The notes beneath the pieces are model-generated. The model searched no databases. It was not told where the DNA came from and saw nothing but the letters and a program-made list of their open reading frames with translations. Made by a program: the position numbers and the translations under genes. Below, piece after piece: positions 1 to 9,854 of a stretch of 64,000 nt of DNA. Source of the DNA: Candidatus Hodarchaeota archaeon. Its GTDB lineage: Archaea > Asgardarchaeota > Lokiarchaeia > Sigyniarchaeales > SOKP01. How positions within the stretch are numbered: position 1 is the first letter of the stretch; every line of letters begins with the position of its first letter. The stretch spans positions 1 through 64,000 of the forward strand of contig JBHLJY010000008.1 of assembly GCA_048887225.1 (NCBI GenBank). Direction: 5' to 3'.

Positions 1-178
1 TCACGTCTATCGGCTTGTCACTATAGATCGGGTTATCCGGCTGTGGAGCCATGTGGGAAACGCTCGCCTTTTTTAGAGAGAAATATTCCCCCGGCTTCGC
101 GTTATCGTACGCATTTCTAACCATTTCAGAGATCGCTTCTACTTTTCTTCTATGTATTGCTAGTTTTTCTTCGCTCAT
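1..178 (-). CDS. 5' part of a CDS running off the window; possibly the 2-hydroxyacyl-CoA dehydratase-like partner of the upstream gene
   Basis: ATG at 178 with AGGGTG upstream; frame open to window edge (MSEEKLAIHRRKVEAISEMVRNAYDNAKPG...). Product inferred only from context. Confidence 0.55.
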   Translation of the reverse strand, partial: MSEEKLAIHRRKVEAISEMVRNAYDNAKPGEYFSLKKASVSHMAPQPDNPIYSDKPIDV

Positions 179-272
179 GTCAAACACCCTTTAAAGCAAT
201 TCGGATTAATATAATTAAAATTTATTTTAAACCAATAAATAAATATTTTTTTTTCTTTTTCTCTTTCTTTTT

Positions 273-1337
273 TTAAATTATCTTTAATTTAGGTTTCTGT
301 TTTTCCAATCCCAGCTTTTCTTCTCTTTCCTTCTTTCTTTTGATCATATCGGTAAAACTTTGAACGCGTGTTAACATTCCTACATCAGAGCTATGTTCAT
401 CAATTATAATTGCGAGATGTGGAATTCCTACAGCTTTCATGTCATGCATTATTAATTCTGATATAAGGCTATCCGGACCACAAGCGAAGCTTATGAGGAA
501 GATAACTCCATCTATTTCATTGCGCCCTTTAAATAAAAAATATCTAATTGCCTGCATAATTTCCTCTTCATGTCTCCAGTAGTTTCTCAATTTTTTGTTA
601 ACAATTACTGGTTCCTTAAAGATATGTTCTGGCAAGTTCTCAATCGTTATTACCTCAACATCTTGATCGTTCAATTTTTTTGCGAAATCTAAATTTACAT
701 AAGTATCAAAGAGATTATAAGCATGCCCTAATAATAGGAATTTAATAGAACCCTTACTTTTTCTTTTTGGTGATTTGAAAGGGACGTCTCTTAAAACTAG
801 TCTTAAAGCATGATTGACAGAAACTCCTTTCCTTAAAAAATCTAAATACTCCCGGTAAAATTTTTGGGCTTTTTTATATGCCTCTAAAGAAGCAGACCGA
901 TTTTTGCCTAGTTGCTTACCAAGTTCTATTACTGCTGTTGCAATTGGAAATTCCTTCACATTTACTTCGAAATTTAATAATTTTGGACAACTTGGCAAGA
1001 TTTTAATGACATCTGGGAGAGATATCCATTTAGGACAGAAGTAAGATTCCTTCAACTCAGAAACATATCTCGGAACAAATAAAAAGTCTAAATCAGGATG
1101 TTCATTTATTAATTTGAGAGCGTGGCCGTAATATACTTTTACAGGTAGACAAAGTTCTCCGAATCCGTGCATTACACCTACTTCTACGATTTTCTTGTTA
1201 GTTGGTGTGCTAAGTATTATCTCAACATCTAACTCATCAAATAATTTCTTCCAGAATGGAAAGAATTTGAAATAATGGAGAGCCCGGGGTATACCAACTT
1301 TAATTTTTTTTAGAGAACTTTGCTGGTTTGATTGCAT
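273..1337 (-). CDS. DUF2229 / acyl-CoA dehydratase activase-related protein (PlsA/Ger reductase-domain-like)
   Basis: KVGIPRAL..FPFW, ELCLPVKVYYGH, YFCPK, SFACGPDS, DEHSS..G..TR motifs typical of the family. Confidence 0.85.
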   Translation of the reverse strand: MQSNQQSSLKKIKVGIPRALHYFKFFPFWKKLFDELDVEIILSTPTNKKIVEVGVMHGFGELCLPVKVYYGHALKLINEHPDLDFLFVPRYVSELKESYFCPKWISLPDVIKILPSCPKLLNFEVNVKEFPIATAVIELGKQLGKNRSASLEAYKKAQKFYREYLDFLRKGVSVNHALRLVLRDVPFKSPKRKSKGSIKFLLLGHAYNLFDTYVNLDFAKKLNDQDVEVITIENLPEHIFKEPVIVNKKLRNYWRHEEEIMQAIRYFLFKGRNEIDGVIFLISFACGPDSLISELIMHDMKAVGIPHLAIIIDEHSSDVGMLTRVQSFTDMIKRKKEREEKLGLEKQKPKLKII

Positions 1338-1358
1338 TTTATTTGCGTCCTATTGAAT

Positions 1359-3017
1359 TTAGACGTTTGGGTTGTTATAAAACATTAAGTCCTTTATTTT
1401 GGCCATCAGATTATTAGTTATCCTTTTCAGCTCGTCATAACTTGGCATTTGCTGATCGAAATATTTTGAATGTTCCATAAAAGGCTCACCAGCTTTAAAT
1501 ATACATCCTTTTCCGAAATTTAACATTTTAGCGTGTTTTGGATATATATTTTCGGAACCTGTCGCTCCAACTGGGATAATGGGTACTTTTGCTTCAATTG
1601 CCAAACGGACTGCTCCAGTATGTCCTTCCAGTAGTACTCCGCCACCTGGATTTGTTGTTCCTTCAGGATAAACGACAACAAGCTCACCTGCTTCTAATAG
1701 ATCTTTCCCAGTATTATAAGAGCTTATATCGTGTTCTCCCCTCCTTAGTGGGAATGCAAGATGTGTTCTAACCCATGCGTTTACAACTGGTATTTTGAAT
1801 AAAGACTCCTTTGCCATTTGATATAATTGGCGACGTCCATTTTTCCATATGGCTAAAGGAAGCATTAGTACGTCCCACTCTGAATTATGTCCACTTGCAA
1901 TAAGAGCTCCGCCTTCCTTAGGAATATGCTTATCAAAATCAATCGCTTTAATTGGATTAATAAGGTCAGTATAAGCTTTTAATATTGAACCCGTGAAGCC
2001 ATAAATAGGCTTCGTAAATGCGTCTCGTGCACCGATCATCTCTAGACTTTTAAGAAGCGCAAACCAAAAATCGTCAATACCCCATAAAATATTGTGTCGA
2101 ATATTTTTAAGAATTTTTTTAACTCCACTTGATTTAGGTGTATCTTCCATATCTTCAGGGTATCCTATTGAAAGTTCTTTTGACTTCTCATCATTGCCTT
2201 CGTATAAGTCAATTATGATTTGTTGTAATTCATCAGTCAATTTTCGGATTTCAGGGTAAGACACTTCCCTACCGTAATAATCCCAATAATATATTGGTTC
2301 TCCGCGACGACAAGTTACCTTAGTTGGTTTCATTACTAACTTGCCCTTTGGAAGAGCATCACGAGATCCGATAACTGCGCATGGTACTATCGGTACGCCC
2401 ATTTCAAGCGCAAGTCTGATAGCTCCAGTACGAAATTCTTGAACAGTTCCATCTTCAGAACGCGTACCCTCAGGAAATACACCTATATATTGCCCATCTT
2501 TGAGTAATTCCCTTGCTGTTTCAAAACCTTTATCTGGGTCATCACGATCAAGCTCAAAAGCACCTAAATTCTTGAAAAGAGTTGTTACTAAAGGTGTTTT
2601 AAAGTTTTCTTTTTTGGACATCCATCTAATTGGTTTATAGACCGCTCCACCAACGAAGAATGGATCTAAATGGGAATTATGATTTGATACTATTACGGCA
2701 CCACCATGCTCGGGAGGAATTGGACCTTCTACGCGATAATTCCAAAATAGACGCATCGCTGCTTTACACCATATTCCATAAGCAATCCACCATTGAAATT
2801 CGTCAGCTTCCTCTTGTATAGTGAGCTTATCGAGAATGGAACGTATAAAATTGTTAATAGGGTCAATAGGGTTTAACTTTAAGAGTTTATAAATCCAATT
2901 ATGCGTTTTCTTTTTATAGAGAAGTTCCTCTGGCTCTTTCTGTTCAATTTCATATTTTACTTTTTCTTTTTTTAATTCTCCTTCATGTGCTTTCAAATCT
3001 GACTTAGGTATTTCCAT
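1359..3017 (-). CDS. plsC: tandem two-domain PlsC-family (lyso)phospholipid acyltransferase
   Basis: Two full catalytic sets: SNHNSHLD...FPEGTRS and SGHNSEWD...YPEGTTN; both followed by G-A-x-RLA-x-E-x-x-VPI. Confidence 0.9.
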   Translation of the reverse strand: MEIPKSDLKAHEGELKKEKVKYEIEQKEPEELLYKKKTHNWIYKLLKLNPIDPINNFIRSILDKLTIQEEADEFQWWIAYGIWCKAAMRLFWNYRVEGPIPPEHGGAVIVSNHNSHLDPFFVGGAVYKPIRWMSKKENFKTPLVTTLFKNLGAFELDRDDPDKGFETARELLKDGQYIGVFPEGTRSEDGTVQEFRTGAIRLALEMGVPIVPCAVIGSRDALPKGKLVMKPTKVTCRRGEPIYYWDYYGREVSYPEIRKLTDELQQIIIDLYEGNDEKSKELSIGYPEDMEDTPKSSGVKKILKNIRHNILWGIDDFWFALLKSLEMIGARDAFTKPIYGFTGSILKAYTDLINPIKAIDFDKHIPKEGGALIASGHNSEWDVLMLPLAIWKNGRRQLYQMAKESLFKIPVVNAWVRTHLAFPLRRGEHDISSYNTGKDLLEAGELVVVYPEGTTNPGGGVLLEGHTGAVRLAIEAKVPIIPVGATGSENIYPKHAKMLNFGKGCIFKAGEPFMEHSKYFDQQMPSYDELKRITNNLMAKIKDLMFYNNPNV

Positions 3018-3030
3018 AATTTTTAACCTC

Positions 3031-3822
3031 TTACGATTTTATTTTTAGAGAAGCTTGAACTTTTGAATTTGAAATATGACCATGTTTAATCCCAATAAGA
3101 TCTAATAATTCTATTATCGAATCAACCAATAAATCTGGCTGGTATTCAGCTAAGACTTCTTTTTTACTTATACCACTTGCTATACCAATGGTACATATTC
3201 CTGCCTCTTTTCCTGCTTCAATATCAGTTGGCATATCTCCAAATAACACCCATTCAGATCCTTTAACCTTTTCATATTGCTCCAGAATAGGGAGAAAAGC
3301 ATCTGGGTGTGGTTTTAATGCGGGAAGCTTATCTGCGCCATATATTTCTTTGAAATATTGATCAATTTCTTCTTTTTCTAAAGTTTCTATAATACTTCTT
3401 GTTTGATTATGAGACACTACAAAAAGAATACAATTTTTCTTAAGAAAAGAAATTAGTTCTTTGGAGCCAGGAAATATCGTTGCTTCTTTTGAGTATTGCT
3501 GGTATTTTCCAAAGATTTTCAATGCGATGCGAAATTTTTTCAGATATGTTAAATTATTCAAAGTAGTTATAGCATTGAAGATTTCATATGATTGAAGTAA
3601 TATTTTGGGAATGGGATACCCTTGGATTGATTGCAATGTAGCTCCAATTTCTCGTATTGTAAGTTCCATGTCAGTTTGGATGTTTTTTTCATTAAGAACT
3701 TCTTCTATTGATTTTTGAAGGGGGTCCATGATGTCCAACAATGTGCCATCAAAATCAAAAATAACTCCACGAAATGAGCGCGAACGAAGTTTTTCGATTA
3801 TATTTTGATCGTGACTTGTCAT
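3031..3822 (-). CDS. HAD-superfamily phosphatase
   Basis: FDFDGTL motif I, KPHP, GDMPTD motif IV. Confidence 0.9.
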   Translation of the reverse strand: MTSHDQNIIEKLRSRSFRGVIFDFDGTLLDIMDPLQKSIEEVLNEKNIQTDMELTIREIGATLQSIQGYPIPKILLQSYEIFNAITTLNNLTYLKKFRIALKIFGKYQQYSKEATIFPGSKELISFLKKNCILFVVSHNQTRSIIETLEKEEIDQYFKEIYGADKLPALKPHPDAFLPILEQYEKVKGSEWVLFGDMPTDIEAGKEAGICTIGIASGISKKEVLAEYQPDLLVDSIIELLDLIGIKHGHISNSKVQASLKIKS

Positions 3823-4037
3823 TTCAAATTCAAAAATTATTCTATAGCTCTATATCGATATATATCGTTTATTCAAATAGATATTTATACAATTAAAATT
3901 ATAATTTTATTTTTAAAGATAATCAACTATTTCATACTTTCTGAAGTATTAAACTATTAACAATCGTATTAAAATTTCAGTAAAAAGTTAATAAAAAAAA
4001 AAGAAGTCAGTTGGATTTTAGAGTTTAGACAATAAGA

Positions 4038-4784
4038 TCATTCTAATGATAGAATTTTTTTCATCCACTTAGGCATTAAAAATCCGATGTAATAAAATAT
4101 CATTGAAAGCACTATAATTGTCCTAAATATTATTAAATCTACTGCACCATATTCGATTAATGCGTCACCAAATGCCCCGATTGGAAATAAAATAAATGAA
4201 ATTAACAGAAATCTACCTTTCCAAATAACTGCGGGATTATCTATTACATTCATAGATATAATAGAAAAATTTATGCCAGTAAAAAGAGTTACCACGATAC
4301 AAAATGCCAAAAAAATTATAACAAAACTTCTATATGTTATGTCATTAGGTTTATGTTGAATTCCGATCATGTTAATAATAGGGGCATCAGGGGCAAAAAA
4401 TAGAAAATAGAAAAGGTAAATATAGAATATTATGAATAAAATTGTAAAACAGATTAAAACCAATTTTTTTTTCTTTGGATGTAAAGTTGACATATAGATT
4501 TCAAGCCAAGCTATAAGTGCAACTGGTATAAATATCGTTCCCATTAAAACATATACTTGATAAGAAAAAACATTGCCAGTGAATAACCAATATACGTATC
4601 CAAATCCACTGGGGTACCATGGCGACATTATGAAAATTACAGCGAAAAAGAAATAGAAAAGTATTTTTTCTCTTTTCCTAATTGCCTTATGAAGAATAAT
4701 TGCTCCAAGAGTAAGCGAAAATAAACTTTGAAGAAAGGCCAGTAATCCTGAGAGTTGAGAGATTAGATCCAATTCTACAACCAA
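4038..4784 (-). CDS. stand-alone ~7-TM membrane protein (paralog of 8036..8761)
   Basis: About seven hydrophobic segments; PWYPS and C-terminal G-F-L-M-P-K-W motifs shared with 8036..8761. Confidence 0.75.
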   Translation of the reverse strand: MVVELDLISQLSGLLAFLQSLFSLTLGAIILHKAIRKREKILFYFFFAVIFIMSPWYPSGFGYVYWLFTGNVFSYQVYVLMGTIFIPVALIAWLEIYMSTLHPKKKKLVLICFTILFIIFYIYLFYFLFFAPDAPIINMIGIQHKPNDITYRSFVIIFLAFCIVVTLFTGINFSIISMNVIDNPAVIWKGRFLLISFILFPIGAFGDALIEYGAVDLIIFRTIIVLSMIFYYIGFLMPKWMKKILSLE

Positions 4785-4950
4785 AATTAGACGCCTCGAT
4801 TGGAATTAATTTTATAATTATTAATTATCTTTTTCTTTTAAAAGTTTCAAACCTAGGTTATTATTAACTTAGAAATATACTGATCTGTCATTTCAATATG
4901 TTAAAATTGTAGATCTCATTTTCACAAATACCAATAAAATATTTTTTTTT

Positions 4951-6372
4951 ATGACTAAACCAAATTCAGAATATTCTGAGATTTCACTTACTAAAACATT
5001 TTGGCCTTTATTTTTATTAAATGGTTTTCAACATATTTCGTTTGGAGGTATAATTATCTTAATAGTTCCTTTATCTTTATTAATGTGGCCAAACGATGCA
5101 TATCATGCAATTGAGATGGGTATTCTAATTACAATATTATTTTGGAGTGATTCTTTAGCAGGGTTGGTATTTGGAAGGTTTATTGATAAATATTCTCGTA
5201 AAACAATAATAATTATTATTTCTTTCTTTAGAGGGGGTTCAATGATTATGCTGGGATTTGCTTTTATAGGGAGGGGATTAGAAACATGGATGTACTTTGT
5301 TTTTTTCACACTTATCTTTGGTGTATTTGCGGGCGGATCATGGCCTGCGGTAGTCTCCATTTCTCACGATGCCGTCCCATATCATCAGCGATCTCGATTT
5401 TTCGGGTATTATCAAATAATGAGAACAATTTCTACTGTATTAGGTTTTTTAATTGCGAGTTATTTAGTGCAAAATGGATTCTGGAGGCAATTTTTCATAG
5501 GAGTTGGCTCATGCATCTTGATTATGGGTTTTATCTTCGGACTACATAATAAAGAACCTAAGAGAGGTTCTCAGCGTGAGGAATTAATGGATATTCTTCA
5601 AGATGATTCAATTGAATACAACTTCCAAATTGATAGATCAACGATGAGGAAAACTATGCTTAGCAAAACAAACAAAGTGGCACTAGTTGAAGGGATTTTT
5701 ACTATGGTTCTTATGGGGAGTTTAATAATCTTGATTTTACCATACGTTCAGAGCCCACCTCACAATATATCCCCATTTTCGACTAGTGTTTTTTTAGTAA
5801 TTTTCGGTTTAACCGGCGGATTATTAGGGACAATTATACTAGCAAGGTTATGCGACAAAGTAGCTAAAGAAAAGCCTATAATAAGATTGCCAATAATAGT
5901 ATTCTCTATTGTTGGAGGTTTGATTATGTTTGTATTAATTTTCTTTCTTCCTTTACCACACTTAACAGTTGAGCAAGGGAAAAATGTTTCTTATTTAATG
6001 TCTTTGCCAATTATTTGGGTTATGGGAGCATTTTATTTTAGTTCTCGCTCAATCTTCTCTCTTTATATTGTCAACCAAGCACCAATTTTACAGGAGATTA
6101 ATCTTCCCGAAGCTCAAGGGCAAATAATTTCTTGGAATCAATTCTTGGAATCAATGGGACGTGGTATCGGACCTGTAATTGTGGGAATTCTATTAGTAAT
6201 ATCAGGAACAAATTATCAATTTGTAATAACGATAATTGTGTTATGTATTATACCTGGGATTATCCTATGGATGCTTGCATTAAAATGGTTTCACGATGAT
6301 TCACTAACAATCAAAAAAATTCTTGAACAACGAGCCGAGATTTTAAAAACACAACAAAACAAGTCTAATTAA
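4951..6372 (+). CDS. MFS transporter
   Basis: ~12 TM; motif A GRFIDKYSRK; paralog of the next gene. Confidence 0.88.
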   Translation: MTKPNSEYSEISLTKTFWPLFLLNGFQHISFGGIIILIVPLSLLMWPNDAYHAIEMGILITILFWSDSLAGLVFGRFIDKYSRKTIIIIISFFRGGSMIMLGFAFIGRGLETWMYFVFFTLIFGVFAGGSWPAVVSISHDAVPYHQRSRFFGYYQIMRTISTVLGFLIASYLVQNGFWRQFFIGVGSCILIMGFIFGLHNKEPKRGSQREELMDILQDDSIEYNFQIDRSTMRKTMLSKTNKVALVEGIFTMVLMGSLIILILPYVQSPPHNISPFSTSVFLVIFGLTGGLLGTIILARLCDKVAKEKPIIRLPIIVFSIVGGLIMFVLIFFLPLPHLTVEQGKNVSYLMSLPIIWVMGAFYFSSRSIFSLYIVNQAPILQEINLPEAQGQIISWNQFLESMGRGIGPVIVGILLVISGTNYQFVITIIVLCIIPGIILWMLALKWFHDDSLTIKKILEQRAEILKTQQNKSN

Positions 6373-6469
6373 TTTACAATGTTTTGTAAGAAATTCAAAT
6401 TCAATATATTCAAATTTAAAATCTCATTTCACAAGTCAATCATAATTTTTTAATTTAATAGCCAATGTC

Positions 6470-7903
6470 ATGAGTACTTCAAATTCCTTAAATAGTTCTA
6501 AATTTTCCATAAGCCGCCATTTTTGGTCTATGTTTTTGTTAGCAGGCTTCCAAAGTTTGGCTTTTGGAGGATTTATTATACTTGTTGTACCATTATCATT
6601 TATAATATGGCCTAATGATCCCTATCACGCACTAGAAATAGGAATTTTAGTTGCCTCGTTATTTTGGATAGCATCACTCGGCGGGGTTATTTTTGGGATT
6701 TTAATTGACAGATTTAACAGAACGAAAATAATTTTTTTCATATCAATATTTAGAGGTTTTAGCATGATCATGCTTGGATTTGCAGTTGAAGGAAAAGGTT
6801 TTGAGACTTGGCTCTATTTTTTAGTATATGTGTTAATTTTTGCTTTTTTTACTGGAGGAAGTTGGCCTTCTATTGTTTCCATCTCAAATGATATTGTTCC
6901 AAAACTTTATAGATCGCGATTTTTTGGAGCTATGGGGATTATGATGGGATTATTTACTACATTTGGTTTTTTAGTGGCTTCTGCTTTTGTCCAATACGGT
7001 TATTGGAGGCTTTACTTTTGGTGGATAGGGATATCAATTATTATAGCTGGTTTTATCTTTTTTATTCATGTTAACGAACCTAAAAGAGGAAGCCAACAAG
7101 AAGAACTAATCCACATCCTTAAAGATGATTCTATCGAATATAATTTTCAAATAGACCGAAAAACAATGAAAAAGACAATGCTCAGTAAAACTAATGTTGT
7201 TGCGTTAATTGAGGGTATTTCAACTAATATTCTCATGGGTAGCCTCTATTTATTAGTTTTACCTTATATTCAGACCGAACCTCATAACCTTTCTCCGGTT
7301 TTTACTGGTCTTTTTTTAATTGTATTTGGTTTAACTGGGGGATTACTTGGTCAATTTTTTCTTGCTAAGTTATCGGATAAAGTTGCTGAAAATCGTCCAA
7401 TAAGTAGAATATATTTTATAATCATAGCTCTTAGTGTGGATGTTATTACATTTGTTGTGTTGTTTTTTATTCCTTTGCCATATTTAACAGTAGAACAAGG
7501 ACGAGATATTCCATATCTATTTTCGATACCAATGATATGGATTTGGGGTACTTTACTCTTTACTTCTAGTATAATTTCTTCACTATATTTGGTTAATCAA
7601 GCTCCTCTATTACAAGAAATAAATTTACCTGAAGCACAAGGAAAGATTACTTCATGGAATCAATTGGTGGAGAATATTGGTTTTGGTGCGGGACCCTTAA
7701 TAGTTGGAATCCTCTTATCTATCTCCGGGGTAAATTATCAGTTAACTGTAATAATAATCTCTCTTCTAATTATTCCAGGAATCTTGTTATGGTTTTCATG
7801 TTTGAGGTGGTATCCCCAAGATAAACAAGTAATAAAATCAATTCTTAAAGAACGAGCAGAAGCGCTTAAATCAAGGCATAATAATTCTCCAATGAAGAAC
7901 TAA
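6470..7903 (+). CDS. MFS transporter (tandem paralog)
   Basis: GILIDRFNR motif A; shares EPKRGSQ, KTMLSKTN, NQAP.LQEINLPEAQG blocks with 4951..6372. Confidence 0.88.
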   Translation: MSTSNSLNSSKFSISRHFWSMFLLAGFQSLAFGGFIILVVPLSFIIWPNDPYHALEIGILVASLFWIASLGGVIFGILIDRFNRTKIIFFISIFRGFSMIMLGFAVEGKGFETWLYFLVYVLIFAFFTGGSWPSIVSISNDIVPKLYRSRFFGAMGIMMGLFTTFGFLVASAFVQYGYWRLYFWWIGISIIIAGFIFFIHVNEPKRGSQQEELIHILKDDSIEYNFQIDRKTMKKTMLSKTNVVALIEGISTNILMGSLYLLVLPYIQTEPHNLSPVFTGLFLIVFGLTGGLLGQFFLAKLSDKVAENRPISRIYFIIIALSVDVITFVVLFFIPLPYLTVEQGRDIPYLFSIPMIWIWGTLLFTSSIISSLYLVNQAPLLQEINLPEAQGKITSWNQLVENIGFGAGPLIVGILLSISGVNYQLTVIIISLLIIPGILLWFSCLRWYPQDKQVIKSILKERAEALKSRHNNSPMKN

Positions 7904-8035
7904 TTAGTTTAAATTCTAGAGTTACATTCGTTATTGAAAGCTTGTGTATATTAACAAATATTTAAAAAAAAGTTTTATTAATTACTCGTTTATTTTATAT
8001 TATTAAACTTATTTTTATTTTAAAGGAGATTATTT

Positions 8036-8761
8036 ATGGCACTAACACCTATTGAAAGTCTCATTGGTCTTTTTAGTCTAATTTTTTCTATAATAGCCAC
8101 TATTATAGGTCTTCTTATTACATCAAAATATCGTAAATATAAAAAAAATACTTTACTTTATGTTGGTCTTTCCTTACCAGGATTAGCATTTCCATGGTAT
8201 CCAAGTAGCATCTCTTTTTTAACGACACTAATGATCGATCAAAGTCTTTCACGTGAATGGTATTTTTTAATCGGAAACGCTTTTCTCCCAATAGCATTAT
8301 TACTTTGGATATTGGCACTAACAGAACTTATTTTAAAAAAAAAACAAAAAATCATCTTAATAACATATACAGTTATTGGAATAATTTTTGAAATATATTT
8401 CTTTTACAGCCTCTTTACAACTCCTGATGTAATCGGGGAATTGAAAGGACCTGTTGATGTTGAATATTATGGAATTACGAGGTTATACCTAATATTTGTT
8501 GTATTAACAATAATTGTAACAGGTTTATTATTTGTTATCGAATGTCTTAAATCTGGCAATCCTGAAATCAAGTTAAAAGGAATATTTCTTCAGATCGCTG
8601 TTATTTTATATACCATTGGTGCTGTTGCTGATGGTTTTATGACTCTAACTTTTGTGACATTACCAATAATAAGAATAATTCTGATCTCAAGTATAATTAT
8701 GTTTTATAACGGTTGGATTTTACCTGAATCTGTGAAGAAACTATTTTTAAAGCAGAAATAA
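8036..8761 (+). CDS. stand-alone ~7-TM membrane protein
   Basis: Hydrophobic segments; PWYPS motif; GWILPESVKK end matches the paralog. Confidence 0.75.
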   Translation: MALTPIESLIGLFSLIFSIIATIIGLLITSKYRKYKKNTLLYVGLSLPGLAFPWYPSSISFLTTLMIDQSLSREWYFLIGNAFLPIALLLWILALTELILKKKQKIILITYTVIGIIFEIYFFYSLFTTPDVIGELKGPVDVEYYGITRLYLIFVVLTIIVTGLLFVIECLKSGNPEIKLKGIFLQIAVILYTIGAVADGFMTLTFVTLPIIRIILISSIIMFYNGWILPESVKKLFLKQK

Positions 8762-8857
8762 CTCACATTTGAAATTATTTATTATTTTTTTTAAATCTTT
8801 AATTTCTTTATTGAATCCTCTGCATTAAAAAAGTTTAGAGAAGATTATATAAAACCT

Positions 8858-9154
8858 TTAAATATCTAACATTCTTAGCCGTTGGGAAATACTCCTTCTT
8901 TTTAAAATTTTTACAAAATCATCCTGCTTTTGTTTTAGTCGTGTAAAAAAATCATCTAATTTATCAAAATTGTTGAAAAAATGGTCTATTCCATCTACAG
9001 AAATTTTAACACCTTTTTTATCGCCATTTTGAATGGTTGCATAGATTCCTATACCATTATCGTGTTTTATAAAAACTTTTTCTTTATTTCCCTTTTCGTT
9101 TCCTTTTTTAGCCCAAAAATCATTTTTAAGGAGGTAAGAACGATACATACTCAT
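8858..9154 (-). CDS. hypothetical protein
   Basis: 98-aa ORF with GGTGTGGGTGG purine-rich RBS-like sequence upstream. Confidence 0.55.
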   Translation of the reverse strand: MSMYRSYLLKNDFWAKKGNEKGNKEKVFIKHDNGIGIYATIQNGDKKGVKISVDGIDHFFNNFDKLDDFFTRLKQKQDDFVKILKRRSISQRLRMLDI

Positions 9155-9577
9155 TTTTCCACACCCACACCCTTTTTTTTATTTTAATCTATTTTGTGAA
9201 AGTCATCTTGATATATTCATTTATGACCATCATAGACAGATCTAAGTAATATTAATAAAATTCGTTATATAGATTAGTGTATTATCTAGATGCTATACCA
9301 AAATTTATTCATATTACTCTGCCTTATCACAATCTGAACAACACAGATTTTATTTATAAATGAAAAAGTAAAATGTTTTTAAGTGTTCAGTACATTTTTT
9401 TTCCTTGGGGTCAATTTCGACTGTAAAATATAGAATTTGTGTGTAAAATTCTTTTTTCGTATTAAAAGAACGAACTAAGGTTTTTTTTAACTTTTTTTAA
9501 TAATTTGGTATAATATAAATTAATTATAGACAGATACCTAAAACTAAATGGGTTAAGGGGGTTAGCTAATTATTAAG

Positions 9578-9838
9578 ATGGATTGGGAAGTAGAGTTTTA
9601 TTCCAATATTATGGAGCAAGCTCTCGCTGTTTTAGACAAAGATGATAAGAAGTTCATTTGGAAATGCCGTAAAATTATAGAATTAATGAATTTTTTAAGA
9701 CAATCATATAAAAAAATAGTCGTTAAAAACGCTCTGATTCTGATATTATCGTTATTTGAGGATTATCGTATTGATGCGATTTCAAAAAAAGAAAAAAATA
9801 TTCTAATTAATACGTTAAAAGAGGAATTTTTAGCTTAA
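9578..9838 (+). CDS. hypothetical helical protein
   Basis: 86-aa ORF, AGGGGG RBS-like sequence upstream. Confidence 0.55.
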   Translation: MDWEVEFYSNIMEQALAVLDKDDKKFIWKCRKIIELMNFLRQSYKKIVVKNALILILSLFEDYRIDAISKKEKNILINTLKEEFLA

Positions 9839-9854
9839 ATTGAAAAGAAAACAT

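Noticed and set aside
9155-9577. Long intergenic region as ncRNA or replication origin
   Set aside because: No cloverleaf, stable GC stems or ORB-like repeats recognised; consistent with divergent promoters.
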